A DNA stretch of 64,000 nt, from assembly GCA_049852185.1 (NCBI GenBank), contig CP187540.1, one strand, 5' to 3'. The position numbers were made by a program, and so were the translations under genes. The notes beneath the pieces were generated by a model that worked only from the letters and a program-made list of their open reading frames with translations, did not search any database and was not told the origin of the DNA. Origin of the DNA: Methanocaldococcus sp. 28A (GTDB lineage Archaea; AGJL01; Methanococci; Methanococcales; Methanocaldococcaceae). Shown piece by piece: positions 29,628-42,460 of this stretch (the first letter of the stretch is position 1; every line of letters starts with the position of its first letter).

Positions 29628-30549
29628 TTTCAATACTTTTTGCAGCAATAACCATATTTTTTAATTTATTAAAAGCAACATCTATTGGCAATAGCCTCAT
29701 TCCACAATCAGGGTCTATTAAAATATTTTCAGATAAATTTTTATTTAATTTTTCATTATTTTTTAATATCTCTAATCCTTCCTCTATCAAGCTTTTTATC
29801 TCATCAACACTTTCAACCTTTTTAATTTTTGTATTTACACATCCAAAGCCTACTTTCTTTTCTATACTTTCTAAAATTTCTAAGTTTTTTTTATTTGAAG
29901 CAAATTCATGGTCTAAAATATCCACGTTAAATTTATTTAGTTCATCGATAACATTATATACATTCCCACATACATGCATAGAAAATTTAACATCTAAACC
30001 ACTCACTATAATATCTATAGCCTTTCTTGCTACATCAAAATCATATAAACCAGTTGATAGTATTGGTTCATCAATCTGTATTATTGGAACATGCTTTTTT
30101 AGTGCCTCAACCTCCTTCCTAAGAGCTTTAGCAATATCATAAATTAAATTTTCATCTTTGTTATCTGAGTAATAACTTTCAACCCTAACAGACGAAGCTA
30201 TTGTGCAAGGTCCTGTTATAATACCTTTAACTTCAACATTTTGGTTGAGTTTTTTTCCCAATTTTTTTGCATATAAAATATCTTTTAGTGTTATTGGTTT
30301 TATAAACTCTATTTTGCCAAGAACTCTCTTTCCATCAAAACCATACATATTGTTTGTAAAAATCTCAACCATGTCTCCCCTAACTTGCCCATCACTTATA
30401 ATATTAATCCCTGCTTTAACTTGGTCTTCAACAGCTCTTTCAATTGCATATTTATATTCGTCATATAAACCAAGTGCTTTTTTTACCTTATCTAAAAATG
30501 TTTCTTCCTTTTTAACTACTGGATAACTACCAACAACTGTTGTTATCAT
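29617..30549 (-). CDS. metE: Core (cobalamin-independent-type) methionine synthase
   Basis: VVGSYP, IQIDEP, HVCG, DPDCG. Confidence 0.93.
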   Translation of the reverse strand: MITTVVGSYPVVKKEETFLDKVKKALGLYDEYKYAIERAVEDQVKAGINIISDGQVRGDMVEIFTNNMYGFDGKRVLGKIEFIKPITLKDILYAKKLGKKLNQNVEVKGIITGPCTIASSVRVESYYSDNKDENLIYDIAKALRKEVEALKKHVPIIQIDEPILSTGLYDFDVARKAIDIIVSGLDVKFSMHVCGNVYNVIDELNKFNVDILDHEFASNKKNLEILESIEKKVGFGCVNTKIKKVESVDEIKSLIEEGLEILKNNEKLNKNLSENILIDPDCGMRLLPIDVAFNKLKNMVIAAKSIEIRR

Positions 30550-30642
30550 CTTCTCACCAACTTTTTATACATTAATTTAATAAATCTTCAATTATTATTA
30601 GTTTTATGCAAAAGTATTTAGAATGTAATGTAGAGTTTAGTT

Positions 30643-30756
30643 TATAGTTGTGTGCAAAACTATCTTAAATAAAATAAGGAATTAGTGAATGCCTTCTTTA
30701 AGGAAGGCATTCAAATTATCCTTTTTAAAGTTTATTTCATTTTGCACACAACTATA
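30643..30756 (-). repeat. Repeat family A, copy 3 (inverted)
   Basis: TATAGTTGTGTGCAAAA..TGAATGCCTTCTTTAAGGAAGGCATTCA..TTTTGCACACAACTATA. Confidence 0.9.
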
Positions 30757-30790
30757 TTTTGCAAAATATTATAAAATAGGATGTGAAACT

Positions 30791-31297
30791 ATGAAAGTTA
30801 AGGTGTTAGATGCTTCAGCTATTATTCATGGATACAACCCAATTATAGAGGAGGGATTACACTATATAACCCCAGAGGTTTTGGAAGAGATAGAATCAAA
30901 AAAAATTATTGTTGAACAAGCACTAAATTTTGGAAAATTGAAAATTATGAATCCTAATAAGGAATACATAAAAAAAGTTGAAGATGTTGTTAAAAAAACT
31001 GGAGATAATTTATCTCAGCAAGATATTGGCATCTTAGCTTTAGCTTTAAATTTAAATGCTATTTTATATACTGATGATTACGGTATTCAAAATGTGGCTA
31101 AAAAATTAAATATTGAAGTTAAAGGAGTTTCTTATAAACCTACAGATAAAGATTTTGTTTGGAGAAAGGTTTGTGAAGGTTGTAAAAAACTTTACCCAGT
31201 AGATTATAAAGAAGATGTCTGCGAGATTTGTGGAAGTCCATTAAAAAGGAAAATGGTTAAATCAAGATTAAGGAAAAAAAAGAAAAAACAAAAATAA
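30791..31297 (+). CDS. nob1: Endoribonuclease Nob1 (PIN + Zn ribbon)
   Basis: VLDASA, LS..D, TDDY, CEGC..CEICG; start reassigned to ATG 30791. Confidence 0.9.
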   Translation: MKVKVLDASAIIHGYNPIIEEGLHYITPEVLEEIESKKIIVEQALNFGKLKIMNPNKEYIKKVEDVVKKTGDNLSQQDIGILALALNLNAILYTDDYGIQNVAKKLNIEVKGVSYKPTDKDFVWRKVCEGCKKLYPVDYKEDVCEICGSPLKRKMVKSRLRKKKKKQK

Positions 31298-31310
31298 ACT
31301 TAGTGATTAT

Positions 31311-31688
31311 ATGAAAAAGTTAAGAGCAAAAACAAAGGATGAATTGATTGAAAAAATTAAAGAACTTGGAGAAGAGGATGAGATTTATATAAACTTAGAG
31401 CTAAACAGAGATGTAGCTATTGCTTTGTTGGAAAATTGTGAGCCAAAGAAGGTATATTTGCCAAAATCAAAATATAAGAGGTCTTCAAAGAAAATTATAA
31501 AGGCTTTAGAAGGTGTAGGTGTTGAAGTTATCCCTATAGAAGCAAAAACAGGAAGACCTACAGATGTAGATGAGATTATTAAAAAATATCTCGACAAAAA
31601 ACCTAAAGAAATTGCCGAAATTACTGGGATTAATTTAAAAACTGTTGAATATCATTATTATAAATTAAAAAAGGAAAAGAAACAGTGA
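31311..31688 (+). CDS. DUF1699-like protein with C-terminal HTH
   Basis: TGRP followed by KEIAEITGINLKTV. Confidence 0.65.
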   Translation: MKKLRAKTKDELIEKIKELGEEDEIYINLELNRDVAIALLENCEPKKVYLPKSKYKRSSKKIIKALEGVGVEVIPIEAKTGRPTDVDEIIKKYLDKKPKEIAEITGINLKTVEYHYYKLKKEKKQ

Positions 31689-31692
31689 TATT

Positions 31693-32376
31693 ATGATTTC
31701 TGTCATCTTAGTTAATCCAAAATACAGTGGAAATGTTGGCAGTATAGCAAGAGTTATGATGAATTTTGGATTTGATGAACTTAGAATAGTTGGAAACAAA
31801 AACATAATAAATAATGAAGCCTATATGATGGCAGTCCATGCAAGGGAAATTCTAGATAATGCCAAATTTTATAATACCTTTGATGAAGCAATAAAAGATT
31901 TAGATTTTGTTATAGCCACTTCAGGGGCAAGAGGAGGAGATAGAAATTTAAAGAGAGTTCCAATAACTCCAAAAGAACTGGCTAATAAAATCTTAGAGGT
32001 TAAAGGAAATATAGGAATTGTTTTTGGTAGAGAAGATGATGGATTGAGAAATGAAGAGTTAGATAAATGTGATTTGTTAGTTTCTATACCAACATCTGAG
32101 AAATATCCAATTATGAATTTGTCTCATGCTGTTGCAGTTATTTTATATGAAATTTATGCAAAAAAAGTTGAAAATAGATTTTTAGATATAAGGATGAGGG
32201 AAGCTTCAAAAGAAGATAAAGAGCTTTTAATTAAAAAGTTTAATGAATTTATAGATAAAAATGAAAAAATTCCTGAGCATAAAAAAGAACTCTGCAAAGT
32301 CATTTTTAAAAGATTGGTTAATAGAGCTTTTATAAGTGGAAAAGAGGCATGGACATTAATGAGTGCATTTAAATAA
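31693..32376 (+). CDS. trmJ: SPOUT tRNA methyltransferase TrmJ
   Basis: NVGSIARVM.NFG, FGREDDGL, MNLSHAV. Confidence 0.9.
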   Translation: MISVILVNPKYSGNVGSIARVMMNFGFDELRIVGNKNIINNEAYMMAVHAREILDNAKFYNTFDEAIKDLDFVIATSGARGGDRNLKRVPITPKELANKILEVKGNIGIVFGREDDGLRNEELDKCDLLVSIPTSEKYPIMNLSHAVAVILYEIYAKKVENRFLDIRMREASKEDKELLIKKFNEFIDKNEKIPEHKKELCKVIFKRLVNRAFISGKEAWTLMSAFK

Positions 32377-32389
32377 TTTAAAATAATAA

Positions 32390-33283
32390 TTATTTTTTAT
32401 TTTTCTTATAAAGTTTCCAAACTCTGCAAAATGAGCAGATTCTTCCAGCAGAAGTCATTCCACAAATCTCACATTCTCTAAATTGGAAATCCTCTTCTCT
32501 AACTTTAAACAAATGTCTATTTTTCATATAGCCAGATAAGAACTGATATTTAATGTTAGGTCTTTCCTTCTCCAACTCATTAAAGTAAGCTCTATGCTTT
32601 AAAGTTATAGCTTTTTCAGCAAATCTACACTTTACAGTTGTATATGGAATTTCTTCTGCTTCAGCATATTTTAAAATCAACTCTTCTTCAATTTCAAAAA
32701 ATATTTTAACTTTCTTTAAAAATTTATGATGAGCTGGAAGAACTGGCTCATGCTTAGCTAAATATCTAATATTCCAATTCAAAATATTATTTAGAATAAA
32801 AGAAACCTCATCATCCAAATTATGACCCGTAACTATAGTATCAAATCCATTCTCATAACCAAATTTGTTCATTAGATATCTTTTAGTTGTTCCACAAATA
32901 GAGCATTTCTTTCCTCTAACGTCTTCCATTGTCTTTCCAGTAACATCCTTTAAATTAATTATATGTAAAGGAACTTCCAATTTTTCAGCTAATTTTTTAA
33001 CAGTTTCTAAAGAAACTTCTGAGAAACCTTTAATTCCTAAATTTATATGGAATAGCTCAATATTATAATCTAACTTTTTTAAAACCCATGCCGCAGCATG
33101 TCCATCCTTTCCTCCAGAAACTGCTACTAAAATCTTTTCATCTTTATTTAACATTTTATATTTTTCTATAGATTTTTTAATCCTGTTCTCAAAATATTCA
33201 ATAAAATGTTCTTTGCATAAGTACATCTTTGGTGATTTTAATTTTATGTAGCTTTCTTTATCACAAAATTTGCATTTAACCAT
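32390..33283 (-). CDS. TtuA/Ncs6-like PP-loop tRNA thiolation protein
   Basis: SGGKD, CSIC, GHNLDD, terminal Zn fingers. Confidence 0.88.
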   Translation of the reverse strand: MVKCKFCDKESYIKLKSPKMYLCKEHFIEYFENRIKKSIEKYKMLNKDEKILVAVSGGKDGHAAAWVLKKLDYNIELFHINLGIKGFSEVSLETVKKLAEKLEVPLHIINLKDVTGKTMEDVRGKKCSICGTTKRYLMNKFGYENGFDTIVTGHNLDDEVSFILNNILNWNIRYLAKHEPVLPAHHKFLKKVKIFFEIEEELILKYAEAEEIPYTTVKCRFAEKAITLKHRAYFNELEKERPNIKYQFLSGYMKNRHLFKVREEDFQFRECEICGMTSAGRICSFCRVWKLYKKNKK

Positions 33284-33442
33284 GTTTTCACCTTTAAGTT
33301 ACTATAATATAAGAATATATCCTTTATTTCTGATACTGTTTTCATAATTTTACCAAAATTTTAACCTCTTTGGAAAATCATTTTTTCATTACTATTTTAT
33401 AGTTTGACTTTATTCCATTCTAAATAGTTAGTATTTTTATAA

Positions 33443-33535
33443 AAAATGGAACTCTATTTTAAGAGTAAAGTTTATATATTACTAAAATAATGGTTAATTA
33501 CACTTGAAATTTTACAAAAAATAGAGTTCTATTTT
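33443..33535. promoter_or_regulatory. Pair of 18-bp quasi-palindromic operators around a TATA box
   Basis: AAAATGGAACTCTATTTT (33443-60) and AAAATAGAGTTCTATTTT (33518-35) flank AAAGTTTATATA. Confidence 0.55.
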
Positions 33536-33546
33536 GAGATGAAAAC

Positions 33547-34845
33547 ATGAGGAATCCAATAATAGATGTAGGAGCTAAGGAATTGAGTTATGAAATTAGG
33601 GAGATTGTAGATGTAGCTAAAAAAATAGAGGATTTTGGGATAAACATAACCTGGGAAAACATTGGAGACCCCGTGGCTAAAGGAGAAAAAATCCCAGATT
33701 GGATTAAAGATATTATAGCAGATATTGTTAAAAACGATTTATCCTATGCATACTGCCCTACCAAAGGTTTATTAGAAACACGAGAATTTTTAGCTGAGCA
33801 AACAAACAAAAAAGGAAAAGTGCAAATTACTGCTGAAGATATTATATTTTTTAATGGATTAGGTGATGCCATTGCAAAGATTTATGGTTTATTAAAAAGG
33901 CAAGTTAGAGTTATAAACCCATCTCCATCATATTCAACCCATTCTTCTGCAGAGGCTTCTCATGCAGGCTCTCCTCCAATAACTTACTTCTTAGACCCTT
34001 ACAACTATTGGTATCCAGATATTGATGATTTGGAAAAGAGAATTAAATACAACCCAGCAGTTAGTGGAATTTTAGTTATAAATCCTGATAACCCAACAGG
34101 AGCAGTTTATCCAAAAAAAATATTAGATGAGATTGTTGATTTAGCTAATGAGTATGATTTATTTATAATATGTGATGAAATATACTGCAATTTAGTTTAT
34201 AATGGCAAGAAACAGCACTTATTGTGTGAAGTTATAGATGATGTTTGCGGTTTATCATTAAAAGGAATATCTAAGGAAATTCCATGGCCTGGAGCAAGAT
34301 GTGGATGGATTGAAATTTACAACGCTGATAAAGATGAAGAATTTAAAAAATATGTTGATAGTATCTATAGAGCTAAATTAATAGAAGTTTGCTCTACAAC
34401 ATTACCACAAATGGTTATTCCAAGGATAATGGGGCATAGAAATTACAAAAAATATTTAGAGAAGAGAAATAAGTTTTTTGAAAAGAGGTCTAACACTGCC
34501 TATAAAAAATTAAAGGATTTGGAAGGTGTTATAGCAAATAGAGCTAATGGGGCATTTTATATGTCTGTTGTGTTTGAAGATTCATATTTGAATGGAAATA
34601 ATTCAATAAAAATAGAAAATGAGAAATTGAAAGAGTTTATAGAAAATTTAATAAGAGATGCAAACATTGATAAGAAGTTTGTTTATTACTTATTAGCTTC
34701 AACAGGAATTTGTGTAGTTCCTCTAACATCTTTCTGCTCTCAACTTAATGGGTTTAGAGTTACATTATTGGAAAGGGATGATGATAAATTTAATTGGATA
34801 TTTGATACATTAGCTGAAAAAATAGAAGAATTTTTAAAGACCTAA
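33547..34845 (+). CDS. PLP-dependent aminotransferase class I (AlaA-like)
   Basis: NIGDP, NPDNPTG, DEIY, GISK...GARCGW. Confidence 0.9.
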   Translation: MRNPIIDVGAKELSYEIREIVDVAKKIEDFGINITWENIGDPVAKGEKIPDWIKDIIADIVKNDLSYAYCPTKGLLETREFLAEQTNKKGKVQITAEDIIFFNGLGDAIAKIYGLLKRQVRVINPSPSYSTHSSAEASHAGSPPITYFLDPYNYWYPDIDDLEKRIKYNPAVSGILVINPDNPTGAVYPKKILDEIVDLANEYDLFIICDEIYCNLVYNGKKQHLLCEVIDDVCGLSLKGISKEIPWPGARCGWIEIYNADKDEEFKKYVDSIYRAKLIEVCSTTLPQMVIPRIMGHRNYKKYLEKRNKFFEKRSNTAYKKLKDLEGVIANRANGAFYMSVVFEDSYLNGNNSIKIENEKLKEFIENLIRDANIDKKFVYYLLASTGICVVPLTSFCSQLNGFRVTLLERDDDKFNWIFDTLAEKIEEFLKT

Positions 34846-35156
34846 TCTCTCAAATGTCTATAAAACCATGGCTCTTCATAATTCTTTAAATTTTTTACAT
34901 AAGGGCAATCTTTTGGAAAAACTCCAGCTAAAATTCCCTCCATAACTGTTAAACATCCATATTTAAATCTATCTTTATAAACTTTACACAACTTTGTTTC
35001 AGGGTCTAAATGCTCACAATATATTGTTTTAATTCCTTCTTCAGTTTTGTAAGCATGTAGTATACAACATCTTCCACATCTTTCGCATATTTCATCTGGA
35101 AACAACTCTTCACTTATTTTTATTACTCTATCTTTTTTAAATCTTAATGTATGCAA
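34842..35156 (-). CDS. YkgJ-like cysteine-cluster protein
   Basis: CERCGRCC, C..L...C.VY..R..C. Confidence 0.75.
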   Translation of the reverse strand: MHTLRFKKDRVIKISEELFPDEICERCGRCCILHAYKTEEGIKTIYCEHLDPETKLCKVYKDRFKYGCLTVMEGILAGVFPKDCPYVKNLKNYEEPWFYRHLRD

Positions 35157-35300
35157 ATTCTCCCTCTTTAAATTTTAATAAAAATGTTTAAAATAGACTG
35201 TTAGAATTGGTATATAAATGTTTTGATAGCAAATTATTAAATACATCTATTATCTTAATTAGTTTTTAAATTTAAATAGAAGTTTTATTGAGGGAATTTT

Positions 35301-36581
35301 ATGTTCATGAGAGAAATTGAATTGAGAGGACATATTATAGATAGCTTAATCCTACCAAAAGTTTTTGATAAAATATTAGATATGGGTGGAGATTATAAGG
35401 TTTTAGAGTTTGAAATCGGTAAAAGAAAAACAGACCCAAGTTATGCGAAGATATTGGTTATTGGAAAAGATGAGAGGCATGTAGATGAGATATTGAGTGA
35501 ATTAAAGGATTTAGGGGCTGAAATTCCAGAAATTGAAGAAGTTGAATTACAACCTGCTGAGAAAGATATGGTTTTACCAGAGGGCTTTTATTCAACAACT
35601 AATCATAAGACGTTCATTAGATTTAAAGGAAAGTGGATAGAGGTAGAGAATCAAAAAATGGATGGAGCTATTGTAGTCTATCCTGAAGAAATGAGAGCTG
35701 AAGTAAAAACAATTAGAAATATTAAAAAAGGAGATTTAGTTGTTGTAGGACATAAGGGTGTTAGAGTTATTCCACCAGAAAAACCAAGGGAAGCAGGAGG
35801 ATTATTTGAGTTTATGAAATCAGATGCGTCATCAGAAAAGCCAAAAGAAACAATTATTAGAAAGATAGCAAAAGAAATGTATGAAATTAGAGAAAAATAT
35901 AGAAAGACTGGAAAAGGGGGAATAGTTGTTGTTGCAGGGCCTGCTATAATCCACACCGGAGCTGGATGGGCTTTAGCTAAGCTTATTAAAATGGGTTATG
36001 TTCAAGCACTATTTGCTGGAAATGCATTAGCTACTCATGATATAGAGAGCGTTTTATATGGAACATCCTTAGGAGTAGATTTAAAGACAGGTAGAAGTGT
36101 TCCAGGAGGGCATAGCCATCATTTAAGAGCTATAAATACAATAATGAGAGCTGGAAGTATAAGAGACGCTGTAGAGCAGGGAATTTTAAATAAAGGAGTT
36201 ATGTACGAATGTATAAAAAATAATGTTCCTTATATATTAGCTGGAAGTATCAGGGATGATGGTCCATTACCAGATGTCATTACAGATGTAGTTAAAGCTC
36301 AAGAAAAAATGAGAGAACTTTTAAAAGAAAAAGATATGGTTTTAATGCTTTCTACTATGCTACATTCAATAGCTACTGGAAATCTCCTCCCTTCATGGGT
36401 TAAAACTATCTGTGTTGATATAAATCCAGCAGTTGTAACAAAGTTGATGGATAGGGGGACTTCCCAAGCCTTAGGGATAGTTACTGACGTTGGAGTCTTT
36501 TTACCAATGCTAATTGAAGAATTAGAAAAATTAGAGAAAGAAAATAAGAAAGAAGACAGGGGAGGAGATAATGAGAGCTGA
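35301..36581 (+). CDS. TIGR00300 / LOR-SDH family (ornithine cyclodeaminase-like) protein
   Basis: [32 protein letters not shown]. Confidence 0.9.
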   Translation: MFMREIELRGHIIDSLILPKVFDKILDMGGDYKVLEFEIGKRKTDPSYAKILVIGKDERHVDEILSELKDLGAEIPEIEEVELQPAEKDMVLPEGFYSTTNHKTFIRFKGKWIEVENQKMDGAIVVYPEEMRAEVKTIRNIKKGDLVVVGHKGVRVIPPEKPREAGGLFEFMKSDASSEKPKETIIRKIAKEMYEIREKYRKTGKGGIVVVAGPAIIHTGAGWALAKLIKMGYVQALFAGNALATHDIESVLYGTSLGVDLKTGRSVPGGHSHHLRAINTIMRAGSIRDAVEQGILNKGVMYECIKNNVPYILAGSIRDDGPLPDVITDVVKAQEKMRELLKEKDMVLMLSTMLHSIATGNLLPSWVKTICVDINPAVVTKLMDRGTSQALGIVTDVGVFLPMLIEELEKLEKENKKEDRGGDNES

Positions 36582-37212
36582 ATATTCAAAAGATTTGATT
36601 AGGATAGGAATTTCTACAATATCTCAGCTAAAAAAAGCTAAAATTAAAGTAGAAAAAGTTGATAGAAAAATATCTTACAAAGATGCAAAGCCAGGGAAGA
36701 TAGATGTTGAGGAATTTAAAAAGGCAGTTTATTTGTTGATTGAAGCTGATGATTTTCTATATAAAAAAGCTCCAAAACATGAATTGAATGAAGAAGAGGC
36801 AAAAGAATTCTGTAAATTAATTATAAAATGTCAAGAACATTTAAATAAGGTTCTATCTAACTTTGGGTTTGAGTTAGAGGAGAAAGAGATTAATGAAGAT
36901 GCTTTATACATTGTCTCAAATAAAAAGTTATTTAAAAAGCTTAAAAATAAAAATCCTAATTTAAAGGTTGTTTGCACAGAAGGGATGTTAGATATTGAGG
37001 ATATGAGAGCTATAGGCATTCCAGAAAAGGCCTTAGAGGGTTTAAAGAAAAAGGTTGAAATAGCAAGGAAGAATGTTGAAAGATTTATAGAAAAGTATAA
37101 GCTAAAAAAAATTTTTGTTGTTGTTGAGGATGATAAAGATGAGCTTTTATATTTAAGAGCTAAAAAATTATATAACGCTGAAAAGTTGAATGCTGATGAA
37201 ATTTTGGATTAA
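36571..37212 (+). CDS. DUF2100-like conserved methanogen protein
   Basis: DAKPGKID motif; operon context; recalled family assignment. Confidence 0.65.
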   Translation: MRAEYSKDLIRIGISTISQLKKAKIKVEKVDRKISYKDAKPGKIDVEEFKKAVYLLIEADDFLYKKAPKHELNEEEAKEFCKLIIKCQEHLNKVLSNFGFELEEKEINEDALYIVSNKKLFKKLKNKNPNLKVVCTEGMLDIEDMRAIGIPEKALEGLKKKVEIARKNVERFIEKYKLKKIFVVVEDDKDELLYLRAKKLYNAEKLNADEILD

Positions 37213-37221
37213 TTTGGTGGA

Positions 37222-38154
37222 ATGATGAATTTGCAGAATGATATTATCGTGAGAGGTAAATCTTATGAGATGCCATTCTCAAAGGGTATTTTAGCGAGGT
37301 CGCTAACTGCTGCTGGATTAAAACCAAGTATTGCCTATAGAATAGCTTGGGACATATACGAGATGCTAAAAAAAGAAAATATTAGAGTTATTGATAAATC
37401 TGATTTAAGGAGGAGAGTTTATTACTATTTAATTTCAAAAAATTATGATGAAGTTGCTAAGAAATATCTATTATGGAGAATGGTCTTAGGAAGAAGACCG
37501 ATAGTTATTTTAATTGGTGGGGCGAGTGGGGTTGGAACTTCAACAATTGCATTTGAAATTGCTTCAAGATTAGGAATTTCAAGTGTTATTGGAACTGATT
37601 CTATAAGGGAAGTTATGAGAAAGGTTATATCAAGGGAATTAATCCCTACTCTCTATGAATCAAGTTATACAGCTTGGAAAGTATTAAGAGATGATGAAGA
37701 AAACAAATACATTAAAGGGTTTGAGAGACATTCTGAAGCTGTATTGACTGGGGTAGAGGGAGTTATAGATAGATGTTTAGTTGAAGGGCAGAGTGTGATT
37801 ATAGAAGGAACTCATCTAATACCAACACTTTTAAAGGATAAATATTTAGAGAACCCTCATGTTATCTTTATTATGCTAACAATCTACAATGAAGAGTTAC
37901 ATAAAATGAGATTTTATGCAAGAGGTAGGGTTTCAAGCAGACCTACTGAGAGGTATTTAAAACACTTTAAAATCATTAGAATGATAAACGATTATATGGT
38001 TGAAACAGCAAAAAAGAAGGGAATACCTGTTGTAGAAAATCTAAAGATTAGTGAAACAGTTGATATATGTTTAAATATAATCACTGAAAGATTAAAAACA
38101 ATGATTGAATTGGAGGGTTTAAGTGAAGAAGATATGTTAGATGAAGATATATAA
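37222..38154 (+). CDS. pgk2: 2-phosphoglycerate kinase
   Basis: ATP cone PFSKGILARSL, GGASGVGTST, IEGTH. Confidence 0.92.
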   Translation: MMNLQNDIIVRGKSYEMPFSKGILARSLTAAGLKPSIAYRIAWDIYEMLKKENIRVIDKSDLRRRVYYYLISKNYDEVAKKYLLWRMVLGRRPIVILIGGASGVGTSTIAFEIASRLGISSVIGTDSIREVMRKVISRELIPTLYESSYTAWKVLRDDEENKYIKGFERHSEAVLTGVEGVIDRCLVEGQSVIIEGTHLIPTLLKDKYLENPHVIFIMLTIYNEELHKMRFYARGRVSSRPTERYLKHFKIIRMINDYMVETAKKKGIPVVENLKISETVDICLNIITERLKTMIELEGLSEEDMLDEDI

Positions 38155-38400
38155 TTTATAAAAAAATTAGGTTAGGATTTTTGCAACTATGTTTAAATAT
38201 TCTGATACTATATTTACAATAAGCTATTTTTATTAGATATTATAATGATAGTTTATACTGTCAATCTCATTGGTAAATATTTTAAATGTCTATAATTGTC
38301 TATCTTTCTTTGACTATATCGGAAAAACCCTTAGTTAATATATATTAGTTCTATTAACAGAAATCCTTATCAAAAATATCTAACTCTTTACTAAGATAAA

Positions 38401-39195
38401 GTGATTCAAATGTTATTAGAAAAGAGCAAAATAGAGATTATAGAACAATTTATTCATATATTAGAAATCTTAGACATGTATGCTAAAGAAGGTAGTGATG
38501 AGAAGGCAATTATAAGATTAATGTTAGATTACCTTGAAAAAGGACATGTTTTAGATGAAGATATTATTCCAATAGCAAGTAAAATTTCAGAAATAGCTAA
38601 AAAAGTTGGTAGCTTTGACATGAAAAGAGAGATAAACCTTTTACTATTTGGAGAGAAAGTAAGATTAACAAAATCCCAAAAAAACAAAATAAAAAAGATT
38701 ATTGAGATTTTAGAGTATTTAAAAGGTTATATTGAAAAAAAGCCATACAAATCTTATGAAGACAGGCATATTTTAAATCTAATTGGTTTAAAAATTTTAA
38801 GGTTGGATGAAGGAATTGTTTTAGATTATAATTCAGAAGTTAGGAGCTTAACCAACATAGCTTTAAGAGTGGGAAGTTATGAATTAAAAAATGAAATTGA
38901 GCTATTATTAACTGGAAGAAGAAGGAGAAAATTAACAGAAGAATTTATACAAAAGAGAATATCAATTATAGAGATTTTAGAAATGGTCAAAGACTTTATA
39001 GACAAAAAAGAATTTAAATCATCTTTTGACTATGAAGCACTATTCTTAATAAATTTGAAGATTCATAGAATTGAAGAAGGAATTTTAAAAAATTTTGATG
39101 AAGAAGTAGAATCAATTTTAAGCATAGCAAGAAAAGTAGGAAATCACAAATTGAGAGAGAAAATTGTTTTATTAAAAGAGAGTATAAAGAACTAA
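38401..39195 (+). CDS. Hypothetical helical protein with three ~87-aa repeats
   Basis: IA.KVG/IALRVG/IARKVG and I.EIL motifs recur three times. Confidence 0.75.
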   Translation: MIQMLLEKSKIEIIEQFIHILEILDMYAKEGSDEKAIIRLMLDYLEKGHVLDEDIIPIASKISEIAKKVGSFDMKREINLLLFGEKVRLTKSQKNKIKKIIEILEYLKGYIEKKPYKSYEDRHILNLIGLKILRLDEGIVLDYNSEVRSLTNIALRVGSYELKNEIELLLTGRRRRKLTEEFIQKRISIIEILEMVKDFIDKKEFKSSFDYEALFLINLKIHRIEEGILKNFDEEVESILSIARKVGNHKLREKIVLLKESIKN

Positions 39196-39240
39196 AATAG
39201 AATTTTTAATTTTATTTATTCCTATAAAAGTCCTGTTAAA

Positions 39241-41078
<1,838 letters not shown>

Positions 41079-41129
41079 TTTCTCTCTCCTTTTTAATATT
41101 ATATAATCTATTGTGATATTCTTTTTAAG

Positions 41130-41430
41130 GAAGATTCGTTGCTTAATCATGTGGAGGAAATTATGGACTTTACTATTAACGATTTAGAAATAAATCCATC
41201 TAATATTGTAGTACTTACCGATAGAGAGTTTAAAAAAAATATTCATAACTTATGGATTAAAATTCGTAATGTATTTCTTTAAAATTCTTCATCGTCGAAA
41301 TATGTAAGTTATTATATAAATTCGATTATTTAAATGTGGTTATGTGTAATATCTGGTTGTGTATACATAGTGCATATTCGTAGATACTGTATTATTAATA
41401 TATAAATATTACTCGATTTTAGACACACTC
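41130..41430. mobile_element. Composite IS scar: ISH3-like fragment (+) and IS5-like left end (-)
   Basis: 41130-41240 resembles the reverse complement of 42360-42460 (IVVLTDREF); 41401-41430 is the reverse complement of 22038-22067 (29/30). Confidence 0.7.
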
Positions 41431-41467
41431 TGGTTTATATTTTAGCTAATTCTTATATTAAAGTTAT

Positions 41468-42103
41468 TTAATATACTTTATCACTGTAATATTTTTTCCA
41501 CAATATTCTTAAACATTCAATAACCATCCTTTTAGCAATCTCATCTAATGTATATGGAATTATTGGCTCAAAATCTCTGATAAATTTCTCAGTTCCTATA
41601 ACTATGTGCCCCTCTTCATCCAAATTTAAAAACTTAGCTGGGCCTTTTGCATATTTAGCATCACAAACCTTTATTTTTTCTTCTATACCAAAAACCCCAT
41701 TAGTTCCTATTGTTTTAATTCCTCTCTCTTTACAATAGTTTATGATAGCCCTTGTTGTAGGAATTGTATCTCCCCCTGCTATACATATAATTACTACATC
41801 TCCTCTAATTAAACTAAGATTATCTTTAGTTATATTTTCTCTAAATGCTTCAACTCTATCTCCAAAAAATCTCTTTATAAAATCTACTTTGTATTCCCCG
41901 ACTTTTCCCCCTAATCTTCTATGGATTATATCATTTTCCTCTATTTTAGCATTATCAAAAACATAAACTTTCTCTATCCCACCTCTATGCACTTCTAATA
42001 AATCAAAAGCTACTCTAATTCCCAATCTTCCACATCCAATTATTGAAACTTCTCCTTTTGGTTTTAATTTTTTTTCCATCTCTTCAACAATCATAACAAT
42101 CAT
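41468..42103 (-). CDS. hcgE: ThiF/E1-like FeGP cofactor biosynthesis protein HcgE
   Basis: GCGRLG, HRGG, IAGGDT, TNGVFG as recalled for HcgE. Confidence 0.78.
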   Translation of the reverse strand: MIVMIVEEMEKKLKPKGEVSIIGCGRLGIRVAFDLLEVHRGGIEKVYVFDNAKIEENDIIHRRLGGKVGEYKVDFIKRFFGDRVEAFRENITKDNLSLIRGDVVIICIAGGDTIPTTRAIINYCKERGIKTIGTNGVFGIEEKIKVCDAKYAKGPAKFLNLDEEGHIVIGTEKFIRDFEPIIPYTLDEIAKRMVIECLRILWKKYYSDKVY

Positions 42104-42145
42104 AAATATCCCATCTAAACAGAACTATTCTATAAGGAGAGTATT

Positions 42146-42203
42146 TATAGTTTTGTGCAAAAGGATTTATACTTAAATAAGGCATTAATGAATGACTTCC
42201 TAT
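42146..42203 (-). repeat. Repeat family A, half copy
   Basis: TATAGTTTTGTGCAAAA...AATAAGGCATTAATGAATGACTTCC, then abuts an IS remnant. Confidence 0.7.
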
Positions 42204-42460
42204 TGGTTTTGGAATAGTTTTTTGGTCAATAAAGTAATCGACCTTCCAATTTTCTCCTTTTTCGTATTCTCAAGATAGTATTTAACTTTATCATTTTTTG
42301 GAATAAAGCTTATGTAATTACATCCGTATTTTTCAAAGATTTTTATTATTTTGATGTCTTTAAACTCTTTATCGGTTAAGACGATAATATCGTACGTATT
42401 TATTTTTAAATCGTTAAGCAAAGTGTAAAATCTCTCTTACATGGTTAAACAACGAAACCT
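42200..42460 (-). pseudogene. ISH3/IS4-like transposase fragment
   Basis: IVLTDKEF...YISFIPKN.KVK resembles the DDE second-Asp region. Confidence 0.65.

Noticed and set aside
30689-30790. N-terminal extension of Nob1 in the ORF track
   Set aside because: The upstream ATG lies inside repeat family A; the PIN domain begins at MKVKVLDAS (30791)
41079-41150. N-terminal extension of the radical SAM ORF
   Set aside because: Begins inside an IS scar; an AGGAG RBS precedes MKVEE at 41078
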